This document shows positions 1-9,245 of a stretch of 64,000 bases of DNA, in pieces. The position numbers and the translations under genes are program-made. Origin of the DNA: a virus (lineage: Duplodnaviria; Heunggongvirae; Uroviricota; Caudoviricetes); IMG/VR virus record IMGVR_UViG_3300008110_000029. One strand, written 5' to 3'. Under the pieces are notes generated by a model. The model was not told where the DNA came from. It saw nothing but the letters and a program-made list of their open reading frames with translations, and made no database searches. The stretch's first letter is position 1; each line of letters opens with the position of its first letter.

Positions 1-64
1 AATATGCAGAGTTTCTTGCAGAAACTTTACCACTATTGTTATTTGAGTCAACAAGGTTACAGTA

Positions 65-643
65 ATGCCAGATATTGATATTGACTTTGCAGATAGAACA
101 AAAGCATTGGCTTTGTTCAAACATCACAGAGCCAGCAGAGTAGAAGATAACAAATTAGTAGTTCATAACACAGGTGTTTATTTTCATCCTGTGCCAATTG
201 ATGCAAGAACTAATCTTTCGTCAATACCATATGATCAAGCAGAAGAACAAGGATTTTTTAAAATTGATTTTCTCAATGTAGGAATCTATAAAAATATCAA
301 AGATGAAAATCATCTTAAGACTTTAATGGAGACTGAACCACTATGGGATTTACTGTTACAGGACGACTTCGTGAACTTATTGTTCCATGTGAATGGGCAT
401 GGGTCTATTCTAAGAGAGATGGAACCAAAATCTATAGAAGAATTGGCAGCAGTACTGGCAATGATAAGACCCGCGAAACGTTATCTGATTGGGAAGCCAT
501 GGACTACGGTGATGAACGAGATCTGGACGAAACCAGAGAATGACGAATACTACTTTAAAAAGAGTCATGCTACTGCGTATGCTCTTTCAATTATAGTTCA
601 AATGAATCAAATTTGTGAAAGTATTAGTTACGGTTATAGTTAA
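65..643 (+). CDS. dnaE: DnaE (Pol III alpha)-like polymerase catalytic core, highly reduced (192 aa)
   Basis: PDIDIDF at the N-terminus, KIDFL and FKKSHATAY match the DnaE motifs PDIDIDF, KMDFLGL and FNKSHAAAY. Confidence 0.75.
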   Translation: MPDIDIDFADRTKALALFKHHRASRVEDNKLVVHNTGVYFHPVPIDARTNLSSIPYDQAEEQGFFKIDFLNVGIYKNIKDENHLKTLMETEPLWDLLLQDDFVNLLFHVNGHGSILREMEPKSIEELAAVLAMIRPAKRYLIGKPWTTVMNEIWTKPENDEYYFKKSHATAYALSIIVQMNQICESISYGYS

Positions 644-1011
644 CCAGCTTTTCTAATTAATACTATGCTTCTACGTTTAATTCTTTTGGTGATAATTTGA
701 TTTAGACTTACGCAAGGCCCAAGCATTAATTTAACATCTTTGGTACTGAAATTTCTAATAGCGTATCTAAAAGGTTGTATTTCTTTAGCTAGAAAAATAC
801 TAATAGGAATTTGTCTATTTGATTCCCACCACCAAGCTTCCCCTAGTTCTAAAAATCTAGTTTTTTCTTCTTCGCTTTTTAAAGAAGTGTAATCATACAT
901 GCTAGTGATACTAGAGTCTTGATTAATAATAATGCCCACATATTCTTTGTCAACGTAGTTTATAACACTTATAAATGGGAAGTTTTGTTGTAAGTTTTCT
1001 GTTATTCTCAT
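640..1011 (-). CDS. hypothetical phage protein
   Basis: 123-aa ORF, divergent from the next gene across a TAAATA/TATTTA spacer. Confidence 0.65.
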   Translation of the reverse strand: MRITENLQQNFPFISVINYVDKEYVGIIINQDSSITSMYDYTSLKSEEEKTRFLELGEAWWWESNRQIPISIFLAKEIQPFRYAIRNFSTKDVKLMLGPCVSLNQIITKRIKRRSIVLIRKAG

Positions 1012-1041
1012 AGGTAAATATTATTAATCAAAGGACCAATA

Positions 1042-1797
1042 ATGCAATTTAATCCAAGTTATTTATACGCAAACAAAGTGGACGTTTTCAGCGATCTTGG
1101 CTCCTGGCAAACTGAGAGGTATCGCAAAGTGTATCAACGCACCCTAAAAATTTATCGCGGAGTCGATAATCCTATAGATTTTCAAGTTCGCAACTCTGAT
1201 CAAAAACCCCAATCCATTGCTGGACAAACTGTGGTATTTAATCTTTTTGCTTATGAGTCGCAAGAACTTATTATGTCCAGAGATTGTACAGTTGTAGATG
1301 CTGTTAAAGGTAAAGTATCTGTAACTATCAGTGAAGGAGAAGCATTAACGCTAACTCCTGGATTTTATACATTTTCTTTATATACTCTATCCAATGGTAT
1401 TAAAAAACCATTGTACGGAGACAGCCAATTTGGCGCACTGGGTAGATTAGAATTAATTGGTAACGTGTATGGTAATGTTATACCTACAGATATCATAACA
1501 ACTTTTAATACAGAAAGTACGTATAAAGTCAGCAGCATCATTGATGCCAAACCGCATTTGAATAATAATTCTGCACTGCATACTTTTGCGTTCTATGGAA
1601 CTGCATATAGTGGTAGTGTAGTAATTCAAGCAAGCATGGACGAAAATACCACTACTGGAAATTGGATTGATCTAGCAACAATTCCATTAACCAATTCTTC
1701 AATATCATATAAAAATATAGAAGGCGTTTGGAGTTGGTTTAGAATCAAGCATACTCAAACTGCTGGAACACTTGACAAAGTATTGTATAGATATTAA
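1042..1797 (+). CDS. probable virion structural protein (BppU-like beta-rich baseplate/head-associated)
   Basis: 251 aa, beta-strand-rich, TAAATA late motif and AAGGA RBS upstream. Confidence 0.5.
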   Translation: MQFNPSYLYANKVDVFSDLGSWQTERYRKVYQRTLKIYRGVDNPIDFQVRNSDQKPQSIAGQTVVFNLFAYESQELIMSRDCTVVDAVKGKVSVTISEGEALTLTPGFYTFSLYTLSNGIKKPLYGDSQFGALGRLELIGNVYGNVIPTDIITTFNTESTYKVSSIIDAKPHLNNNSALHTFAFYGTAYSGSVVIQASMDENTTTGNWIDLATIPLTNSSISYKNIEGVWSWFRIKHTQTAGTLDKVLYRY

Positions 1798-1800
1798 AAT
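1772..1800 (+). promoter_or_regulatory. sigma70-type promoter of primase operon
   Basis: TTGACA-17nt-TAAAAT immediately upstream of ATG 1807. Confidence 0.75.
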
Positions 1801-1806
1801 GTATCT

Positions 1807-2823
1807 ATGACTCTGGTCTTAGATACCCTACGTACATTACTGCCATATAAAAGAAAGCAAACACCAAGTGGTTGGATTAGCTTTAATGCTCCCTGTTGTC
1901 ATCATCGTGGTCACAAATCAGATGATAGACTAAGAGGCGGAGTCACATTTAATGAAGGTTTTGTATATCACTGTTTTAACTGTGGATTTTCTACAGGTTG
2001 GCAACCAGGTCGTCCAATATCTTTTAAATTACGAGAATTATGTAGTTGGTTGGGTGCGTCAGATGATACTATAAAACGATTAATATTTGAAGCTTTAAAA
2101 ACCGAACGACCAGATTATGTAAATCAACATTACACCCCTCCAGTTGAATTTACCAAAAAAGAATTACCAGAAGGTAGTTTGCCGTTAATAGAATGGATGC
2201 AGGAAAAATTAGATGTAGAAACTGAACAAAAAATATTGTTAGTGATACAATATCTTATTGATCGTGGATTTAATCCGTTGGCAGAAAACTTTTATTGGTC
2301 ACCGTTAGCGGGTTATGACAATAGAGTTATAATTCCGTTTTTGTATCATGGTCAAACTGTAGGTAGTACTGCAAGACGCATTACACCTGGAAAGCCAAAG
2401 TATCTTTCAGATCAGCATCCAAACTTTGTATTCAATATGGATGCACAGGCTAATGATAGAAAATATGTAATTGTCTGCGAAGGTCCATTTGATGCACTGG
2501 CAATTGGCGGTGTTGCACTTCTCACAAACGAAATTTCTGAACAACATGCTAGGATAATTAATAGTCTATCCCGTCAAGTTATTTTCGTTCCAGATCAAGA
2601 TAAAGCAGGTATAGCAGGTATCGATAAAGCTAGAGAATTGGGTTGGAGCGTAGCATTCCCTAATTGGAATAGCAGTATCAAAGATTGTGCCGATGCAGTG
2701 AAAGAATACGGAAAAATGTTTACTATTGTTGATATTATAAAGACATCAGTTAGTGGTAATATAAAAATTAATTTGATGAAAAATCAAATGATTAAAAGGA
2801 TTAAAAATGTTCAGACTAATTGA
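1807..2823 (+). CDS. DNA primase (T4 gp61/DnaG-like)
   Basis: N-terminal Zn-binding PCCHH...HCFNC, TOPRIM motifs CEGPFDA and VPDQDKAG. Confidence 0.88.
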   Translation: MTLVLDTLRTLLPYKRKQTPSGWISFNAPCCHHRGHKSDDRLRGGVTFNEGFVYHCFNCGFSTGWQPGRPISFKLRELCSWLGASDDTIKRLIFEALKTERPDYVNQHYTPPVEFTKKELPEGSLPLIEWMQEKLDVETEQKILLVIQYLIDRGFNPLAENFYWSPLAGYDNRVIIPFLYHGQTVGSTARRITPGKPKYLSDQHPNFVFNMDAQANDRKYVIVCEGPFDALAIGGVALLTNEISEQHARIINSLSRQVIFVPDQDKAGIAGIDKARELGWSVAFPNWNSSIKDCADAVKEYGKMFTIVDIIKTSVSGNIKINLMKNQMIKRIKNVQTN

Positions 2824-2899
2824 AAAAATAAAAGAATACATTAAAAGAAAACGTAGATTAAAAGAACTACGTAAAAGAGATCCGTTTATCTATAAATGA
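2807..2899 (+). CDS. 30-aa basic peptide (MFRLIEKIKEYIKRKRRLKELRKRDPFIYK), absent from ORF track
   Basis: read manually, AAGGA RBS, stop overlaps the carbamoyltransferase ATG (ATGA). Confidence 0.65.
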   Translation: MFRLIEKIKEYIKRKRRLKELRKRDPFIYK

Positions 2900-4365
2900 T
2901 TACTTGGGGGATTTCGGCTAACAGTCACAATGCTGCACTTGCAGTATTTGATGAAGATCATTTAATATTTGCCAGTGAATCGGAAAGATTTAGCAAAATT
3001 AAAAATGATCCGCATCTACATCACGATTTAATTGACTACGCAAAAACTATTGCGGGCGAACCTGATCTAGTATGTTGGTATGAAAAGCCGTGGCTGAAAA
3101 CCATGCGTCAAATATTTGCAGGACAAGATTTTGAATACAATAGTGTTAAAAAATATTTGTCTAGGTACAGCATTAATGCCCCTATAAAAACATTTAGACA
3201 TCATCACAGTCATGCAGCAGCAGGTTATTATACCAGTACATTTAAAGATGCATGTGTTATTGTTATTGATGCAATTGGAGAATTTGAAACTTTATCAATT
3301 TGGAAAGGTCAAGGTAAGAATTTAACAAAAGTATATTCACTTTCTTATCCTGACAGCATTGGTTTATTTTACTCTGCAATGACACAACGATGTGGTTTAA
3401 AACCCAATGAAGAAGAGTACATTCTTATGGGCATGGCCGCATATGGTGACTATTCAGTGTTATTGAGAGACGTAACAAAAGATTTTATACATTTTCCAAC
3501 TGATTATAAACATCCTGTGTTGTTTAAACAAAATTTACATAGAGGATGCAACTGGTGGAAACCTGAACTACAATCTCCTAAGCAGTTATTTGATATTGCA
3601 GCCGCAACACAGAAGATGTATGAAATTTGTTTTGTTAGAATTTTACAGTTCGCACAACAACTTGTTGAAAGTGAAAATTTAGTGTTAATGGGAGGCTGTG
3701 CTTTAAATTGCTCAGCTAATTCAAAAATCTTTGATTACTTTAATGATGCATGGATCATGCCTGCACCAGGGGATAGCGGATCAGCCATTGGTGCAGTGTT
3801 AGCACACAAAGGAACACGTATTAAATGGACAGGACCGTATTTAGGTTACGATATTAGTCCACGAAAATTAAACAGAGAAATTGTTGAATACTTACAGATA
3901 AACAAAATATGTGGAGTAGCTAGAGGCCCTGCAGAATTTGGTCCACGTGCATTGGGCAATAGGAGCTTACTGGCAGATCCCAGGGATCCTAGTATAAAAG
4001 ATCGTGTAAACGAAATAAAGAAAAGAGAAACATTTAGACCATTTGCGCCTGCTATATTAGAAGAACATGCCAACAGGTATTTTGTAATGCCTACAAAGAA
4101 AAGTCCATATATGCAATACACTGCATATTGTCTACAACCAAATTTATTTCCTTCTATTGTTCACAAAGACGGAACCAGTAGAGTTCAAACAGTTGGTCCT
4201 AATGATAATCCTAAATTTAGAGAACTGTTAGAAATGTGGTATGCTAAAACAGGATGCCCTATGTTGTTGAATACCAGTTTGAATATAAAAGGCGAACCTA
4301 TAGTAAACGACCTAGCAGATTCAATGACTTGGGCCAGTACCTATGGTTTACCTGTTTTTAATTAG
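2896..4365 (+). CDS. carbamoyltransferase (NodU/CmcH family)
   Basis: HHHSHAAAGYY, IDAIGE, GGCALNC, PAPGDSGSAIG, EFGPRALGNRSLLADP, RPFAP, LLNTSLN motifs. Confidence 0.93.
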   Translation: MITWGISANSHNAALAVFDEDHLIFASESERFSKIKNDPHLHHDLIDYAKTIAGEPDLVCWYEKPWLKTMRQIFAGQDFEYNSVKKYLSRYSINAPIKTFRHHHSHAAAGYYTSTFKDACVIVIDAIGEFETLSIWKGQGKNLTKVYSLSYPDSIGLFYSAMTQRCGLKPNEEEYILMGMAAYGDYSVLLRDVTKDFIHFPTDYKHPVLFKQNLHRGCNWWKPELQSPKQLFDIAAATQKMYEICFVRILQFAQQLVESENLVLMGGCALNCSANSKIFDYFNDAWIMPAPGDSGSAIGAVLAHKGTRIKWTGPYLGYDISPRKLNREIVEYLQINKICGVARGPAEFGPRALGNRSLLADPRDPSIKDRVNEIKKRETFRPFAPAILEEHANRYFVMPTKKSPYMQYTAYCLQPNLFPSIVHKDGTSRVQTVGPNDNPKFRELLEMWYAKTGCPMLLNTSLNIKGEPIVNDLADSMTWASTYGLPVFN

Positions 4366-4382
4366 AATGTATAATAATAACT

Positions 4383-5807
4383 ATGATTGACAATTACAGT
4401 CCCGAAACACAAAAAATATTCTTAGAAATGATGATGGCTGATGCTGAATCTTATTTCAGATGTCAAAGCATCTTTGATCACAGTCTATTTGATCGACGTT
4501 ATCAAGAATCTGCCGAATTTATTAAAGTATACGTTGATCAATATCGAGCAATGCCAGAATATAACATGGTCAATGCTGCCTGTAACACAGATTTTAAAAA
4601 GCCAGACAGCGTTAAAGAAGGCCATGTAGATTGGCTATTGGATAGTTTTGAAAAATTTGTAAGACACAAAAGTATTGAACGTGCAATCATTAATTCTGCA
4701 GATCTATTAGACAAAGGCGATTATGGATCTGTTGAAACTATGATTAAAGAAGCAGTACAGATTGGTCTTGCTAAAGATATGGGCACTGACTACTTTGCAG
4801 ATCCTAAATCACGATTAATGGGATTAAAAGATAAAAACGGACAAATATCTACTGGCTGGAAAAATCTTGATAATAGATTGTTTGGCGGTATGAATCGTGG
4901 CGAGCTTAATATTTTTGCTGGTGGTAGTGGTGCAGGTAAATCATTATTTCTTGCAAACCTTGGTCTTAATTGGGCAATGGCTGGATTAAATGTTGTCTAT
5001 GTAACATTAGAACTTAGTGAAGCATTAGTTAGTATGCGTATTGACAGTATGCTAACAGGAATTCCAACAAAAGAAATTTTTAAAGATATTGAAAACGTTG
5101 AAACCAAAGTTAAACTGATTGGAAAGAAGGCAGGTGCATATCAGATCAAATATGTACCAAGTGGTAAAAATGTTAACGATCTAAGAGCGTATATTAAAGA
5201 ATTTGAAATTAAAACAGAACGTAAGGTTGATGTTATCTTAGTTGACTACTTAGACTTACTAATGCCAATCAGCAGAAAGATTAGTCCTGCAGATTTGTTC
5301 ATCAAAGACAAATATGTTTCTGAAGAACTGCGTAACTTTGCAGTTGAACGTAAAGCTATTCTAGTCACAGCCGCACAGTTGAATCGAGGTGCTGTAGAAG
5401 AAGTAGAATATGATCACAGTCATATCTCAGGAGGACTTAGTAAGATTCAAACTGCAGATAATGTGTTTGGTATTTTTACATCACGTGCTATGAGAGAGCG
5501 AGGACGTTATCAATTACAATTAATGAAAACTAGATCATCAAGCGGTGTAGGAATGAAAGTAGATCTAGAATTTAATTTAGAAAGTCTAAGGATCAGCGAT
5601 CTACCCGAAGATGAACAAGAATCCAGTGGAGGTATGCGTCCTACTTCTGGAATATTAGATGACATAAAACGCAAAGCCACAGTAAAGGCCCATCAAGAGG
5701 ACTCTGAACCAAATCCATTCCAAGGTGCTGCTGTACCTAAAGTAAGAGCCAATGTTGAGAGCACGAAACTGCGGGATCTGCTGAACAATATTGGTAATGA
5801 AGAATAG
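4383..5807 (+). CDS. replicative DNA helicase (DnaB / T4 gp41-like)
   Basis: Walker A GGSGAGKS, Walker B ILVDYLDL, TAAQLNR, MKTR motifs. Confidence 0.92.
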   Translation: MIDNYSPETQKIFLEMMMADAESYFRCQSIFDHSLFDRRYQESAEFIKVYVDQYRAMPEYNMVNAACNTDFKKPDSVKEGHVDWLLDSFEKFVRHKSIERAIINSADLLDKGDYGSVETMIKEAVQIGLAKDMGTDYFADPKSRLMGLKDKNGQISTGWKNLDNRLFGGMNRGELNIFAGGSGAGKSLFLANLGLNWAMAGLNVVYVTLELSEALVSMRIDSMLTGIPTKEIFKDIENVETKVKLIGKKAGAYQIKYVPSGKNVNDLRAYIKEFEIKTERKVDVILVDYLDLLMPISRKISPADLFIKDKYVSEELRNFAVERKAILVTAAQLNRGAVEEVEYDHSHISGGLSKIQTADNVFGIFTSRAMRERGRYQLQLMKTRSSSGVGMKVDLEFNLESLRISDLPEDEQESSGGMRPTSGILDDIKRKATVKAHQEDSEPNPFQGAAVPKVRANVESTKLRDLLNNIGNEE

Positions 5808-6036
5808 AAGAGTAAAACTTTGTGATTGGACCCAAAGTCGTAGTATCGATACTGTTGATTTAAATTGGGTTAGAATAAGACAACTAATAGGATCGCCTAA
5901 AGTAGATTGGTTGTTAGATCAACCGCAAACTAAATGTCAATTAGTAGTTGATAAACTCAACGAAAATATATCCTTAGTAGCTGAATTTTACGATGATGCT
6001 ACATTAGTGCTTTACCATTTAACTTGGGCTAAATAA
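5791..6036 (+). CDS. small hypothetical protein
   Basis: 81-aa ORF coupled to the helicase end. Confidence 0.55.
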   Translation: MVMKNRRVKLCDWTQSRSIDTVDLNWVRIRQLIGSPKVDWLLDQPQTKCQLVVDKLNENISLVAEFYDDATLVLYHLTWAK

Positions 6037-6039
6037 TGG

Positions 6040-6384
6040 ATGCGAGCAAAAGAGTTTATTTTTGAAAGAGAATTTTCTAAAAGAAAAAGTGCTACTCTAA
6101 GTACTACTTACGAGTATCCTTCTATGCCCAGTGCCGATGCCTATAGAATTTATAGATTTGGTATGGCTATGGCAAATCATACTATGGCCAATAAAGAAGG
6201 ACCTACTGGTAATCATGCTGTTATTGTTGCTTATACCGATGGTGACGATGAGATTATCAAAGGTGCTGAAAAAACTACCGGACATAAAGGAAATCTAGCT
6301 GCGGATCGTGGAAGTCACGAACCAACAGATACCAACAACGTAAGTCCGGTATCTAAACTAAAACGTAACAAATACGGAGTTTAA
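6040..6384 (+). CDS. hypothetical protein with capsid-targeting-like leader (MRAKEFIFE)
   Basis: TAAATA upstream, leader resembles the T4 internal-protein CTS. Confidence 0.7.
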   Translation: MRAKEFIFEREFSKRKSATLSTTYEYPSMPSADAYRIYRFGMAMANHTMANKEGPTGNHAVIVAYTDGDDEIIKGAEKTTGHKGNLAADRGSHEPTDTNNVSPVSKLKRNKYGV

Positions 6385-6385
6385 T

Positions 6386-7099
6386 ATGTGGTTACGTGAG
6401 TTTGATTCTTCTAATAAAATTGTTACTGTTAACAAACGATTAAATCCTAAAATTTGGAATGATAGTGAACTTAATTCTGAAGTAACTAAAAAGCTATTAG
6501 AAATTGCTCGTGCATTTGAAGAATTTATTGGTATTGATCTTGATGTAATTGATTATACTATTACAGGATCTAATGCCAATTATACTTGGACTGAATACAG
6601 TGATTTGGACCTACATCTTATCATTCCGGGTACGCCCTCGGAAGAACAACGTGAACTTTTCAATGCTAAGAAAGCTCTTTGGGGCGAGCAACACAACATC
6701 ACAATAAAAGGGTTACCTGTAGAATGCTACGTACAGGGCCAAGACGAACCTCATCACAGCACAGGCGTGTATAGCATTGCTCAAAATCAATGGTTGGTTG
6801 AGCCAAAGAAAGTCAAACCAAAAGTAGATGATGCTGCTGTTGAGGCCAAAAAAGATGCAGTCATGCATGATATCGAAACAGCTATGTTAAGCAAAGATCT
6901 CAACAAGCTACGTATAGTTAAAGAGAAAATTACCAAGATGCGTAAAGCAGGACTTGAACGTGCTGGCGAATGGTCAGTGGAAAACTTGGTATTTAAAATT
7001 CTACGTAATCTAGGCCTTATTGATCAAATCACAGAAAAGATTCGTGAACTAGAAGATCAAGAACTCAGCCTGGAACAACAAACAAATATTCTAAACTAA
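6386..7099 (+). CDS. nucleotidyltransferase (DNA pol beta superfamily)
   Basis: GSNANY...SDLDLH (GS + DxD) and a downstream acidic strand VECYVQ. Confidence 0.8.
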   Translation: MWLREFDSSNKIVTVNKRLNPKIWNDSELNSEVTKKLLEIARAFEEFIGIDLDVIDYTITGSNANYTWTEYSDLDLHLIIPGTPSEEQRELFNAKKALWGEQHNITIKGLPVECYVQGQDEPHHSTGVYSIAQNQWLVEPKKVKPKVDDAAVEAKKDAVMHDIETAMLSKDLNKLRIVKEKITKMRKAGLERAGEWSVENLVFKILRNLGLIDQITEKIRELEDQELSLEQQTNILN

Positions 7100-7157
7100 A
7101 TATTTCTGCGTGTGAGGCGATCTGAGCTAGGCCTAAATCAACTTTAAGGAGATTTAG

Positions 7158-8021
7158 ATGGCCAGAGGCAAAAAGCAAGAACAGGCAGCAACCCCTGAAA
7201 AGTCCGAAATGGACATGATTAAAGAGTTGCAGGATGAACTACGCTTTCTAAGAGAACAGCGTACAGCCAAATCTGCTGATCCAGAGCAGGTGGCTAAACA
7301 ACAAGATCTTATTGCTAAGAATACTCGTAGAGCCTGGGACTCAGAAGCTCTAGTGCAGTTCAATGTGGCTCAAGTTCAAGTAGCTCGTAGTATTGTTGAA
7401 GAAAACGTTACAGATGCCATGCAAAGTTACACTATTAATGCAGGCGGTAATCGTGAACTGATCATGCGTACTACAGACGATGTTTATCGCAATCGTATGA
7501 TGATGTTGACACAATTACAACCTGCAACACCTATGCAGGCGTTATTCCAAGATTCAATGATTACCAAAACTAAGCTAGAATATCTGCATCATCGTAATCA
7601 TGTTAATCAAGAAATGGTTACTATTATTCAAGAAATGGCCGCAGCTATTCGTGCAATTGGGGATGTGTCAGAGCGGTTCTATGCTATCAATGAATATATG
7701 GTTGAGCACTGTGACGAAGTCAGCGATGAAAATGCATTATGGTTTGATGGTGAATTACAGAACATGATGCAGTCAGCCACACAAGATGGTAACAGTCAGC
7801 GTGTAGAATTATCAGAAACAGAAACTGATATCCTTCTAAAAGCAGCAGAACTAAACCGTTTAGAAATTCGTGCTCTAGCAGGATTGGCTGATAGTTTAGG
7901 TGAACACCTACAAGAATGTCAGGATCACGGTAATGAACTACGTGATGAAGTTATTAACTTGCGTGAAAAAGTTGACGGTACACAAAAACGTATCGCTAAT
8001 CGTATTGCACCTTCAAAATGA
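7158..8021 (+). CDS. helical/coiled-coil hypothetical protein
   Basis: 287 aa, TAAATA motif and TAAGGAG RBS upstream. Confidence 0.75.
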   Translation: MARGKKQEQAATPEKSEMDMIKELQDELRFLREQRTAKSADPEQVAKQQDLIAKNTRRAWDSEALVQFNVAQVQVARSIVEENVTDAMQSYTINAGGNRELIMRTTDDVYRNRMMMLTQLQPATPMQALFQDSMITKTKLEYLHHRNHVNQEMVTIIQEMAAAIRAIGDVSERFYAINEYMVEHCDEVSDENALWFDGELQNMMQSATQDGNSQRVELSETETDILLKAAELNRLEIRALAGLADSLGEHLQECQDHGNELRDEVINLREKVDGTQKRIANRIAPSK

Positions 8022-8218
8022 TATTTCCAGACAAGCCTAGGCCTCCGTGGCAGTACGCCAAACCTAAGTCGACTACGGGCAAGGTCCCAGTGATCCTGCC
8101 TGTAGAAAAACCTAAAAAAGAACCTAAGCCTGCGGGGTATTATCGTGAACGTATTGAATTTGCTGCAATTGTTATTGGCATGTATTTTTGGATACAATAT
8201 TGGATTCAGTATCAATAG
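8018..8218 (+). CDS. small membrane protein
   Basis: ATGA coupling, C-terminal hydrophobic helix. Confidence 0.6.
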   Translation: MIFPDKPRPPWQYAKPKSTTGKVPVILPVEKPKKEPKPAGYYRERIEFAAIVIGMYFWIQYWIQYQ

Positions 8219-8442
8219 TATTTGATCGTTTGACACCTGACTTGGTGTTGCCTTTTAGACGTTGGAGTCGTATTAGACGTATAAGAAATGCACTAAGAGG
8301 AATTCAAAGGTGTCATCCGGCGATCAAATTTAAAACTATACGCAAGGATAATATTATTACTGTAGAATTTGAAACTGGGTCGATGTTGACCCAGTTTGCA
8401 CTTTTGTGGCGAGCTGATTTGCCCGCTTGGCGTAGACTTTAG
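8188..8442 (+). CDS. small hypothetical protein
   Basis: 84-aa ORF sharing a C-terminal F.L.W motif with 5791 and 10301. Confidence 0.5.
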   Translation: MDTILDSVSIVFDRLTPDLVLPFRRWSRIRRIRNALRGIQRCHPAIKFKTIRKDNIITVEFETGSMLTQFALLWRADLPAWRRL

Positions 8443-9125
8443 TCGTTACGTTGACCAAATAGCTGTAGAAGGCTAAGAAAGATATTGATAAAGTTCAAGT
8501 ACAGACTTAGTGCGCCCCATACTTCCATCTTACCGTCATTTTCATAGCTGATCATCTGGCGAATGTTCTGTGTGTCGTAGGCAGTTAGTCCTAGAAAGAT
8601 CACAATGGCAATTGCCGAAATCACCATCTGCATTACCGAGCTGCCAATAAAAATGTTAATAATGCTGGCAATGACAATGGCAATCAAACCCACAAACATA
8701 AACTGACCCATACTGGTCAAATCACGTTTGGTAAAATAACCATAACCACTCATAACACCAAACAACACTGCTGCGGCCATGAATGCTGACACAATTGACC
8801 CCATGTTATAGACCACAAAGATCGTGGCAAAACTCAGACCCATGATGGCAGCAAAACCATGTAGGAAAATCTGTAGGGTACTTTTGCTCATACGCTCGTA
8901 GGCAAAGCCTGCGGCCAAAATAGCTACCAGCGGAGCAAACATCACTAGCCATTTTAAGGGTGTGCCAAACAGCAGAGCCATCAATGCAGGACTGCCAGCT
9001 ACCAGAGCACTGACAATCATACTGGTCAACACAGCCAATCCCATGTGACCATAGACTCGACCCATGGCTGAATTGATTTCTCTAGCGGAACGGTAGATTC
9101 CCGTACCTAGTGTAGCGTCAAACAT
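8439..9125 (-). CDS. yccA: Bax inhibitor-1 / YccA family membrane protein
   Basis: about 7 TM helices, TKRDL, GLTAYDTQ and ALSLYLNFINIFLSLL signature, AAGGAG RBS. Confidence 0.9.
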   Translation of the reverse strand: MFDATLGTGIYRSAREINSAMGRVYGHMGLAVLTSMIVSALVAGSPALMALLFGTPLKWLVMFAPLVAILAAGFAYERMSKSTLQIFLHGFAAIMGLSFATIFVVYNMGSIVSAFMAAAVLFGVMSGYGYFTKRDLTSMGQFMFVGLIAIVIASIINIFIGSSVMQMVISAIAIVIFLGLTAYDTQNIRQMISYENDGKMEVWGALSLYLNFINIFLSLLQLFGQRND

Positions 9126-9245
9126 AAAAAGACTCCTTGAAGTTAATGTAAGTATAGTTTAGCAGAAATATTTATAGTTGTCAATTGCAGATCAGGCAAT
9201 TTTCTTGTAAAATTATTAAATACGCATATAACCAAAGGTAACATC

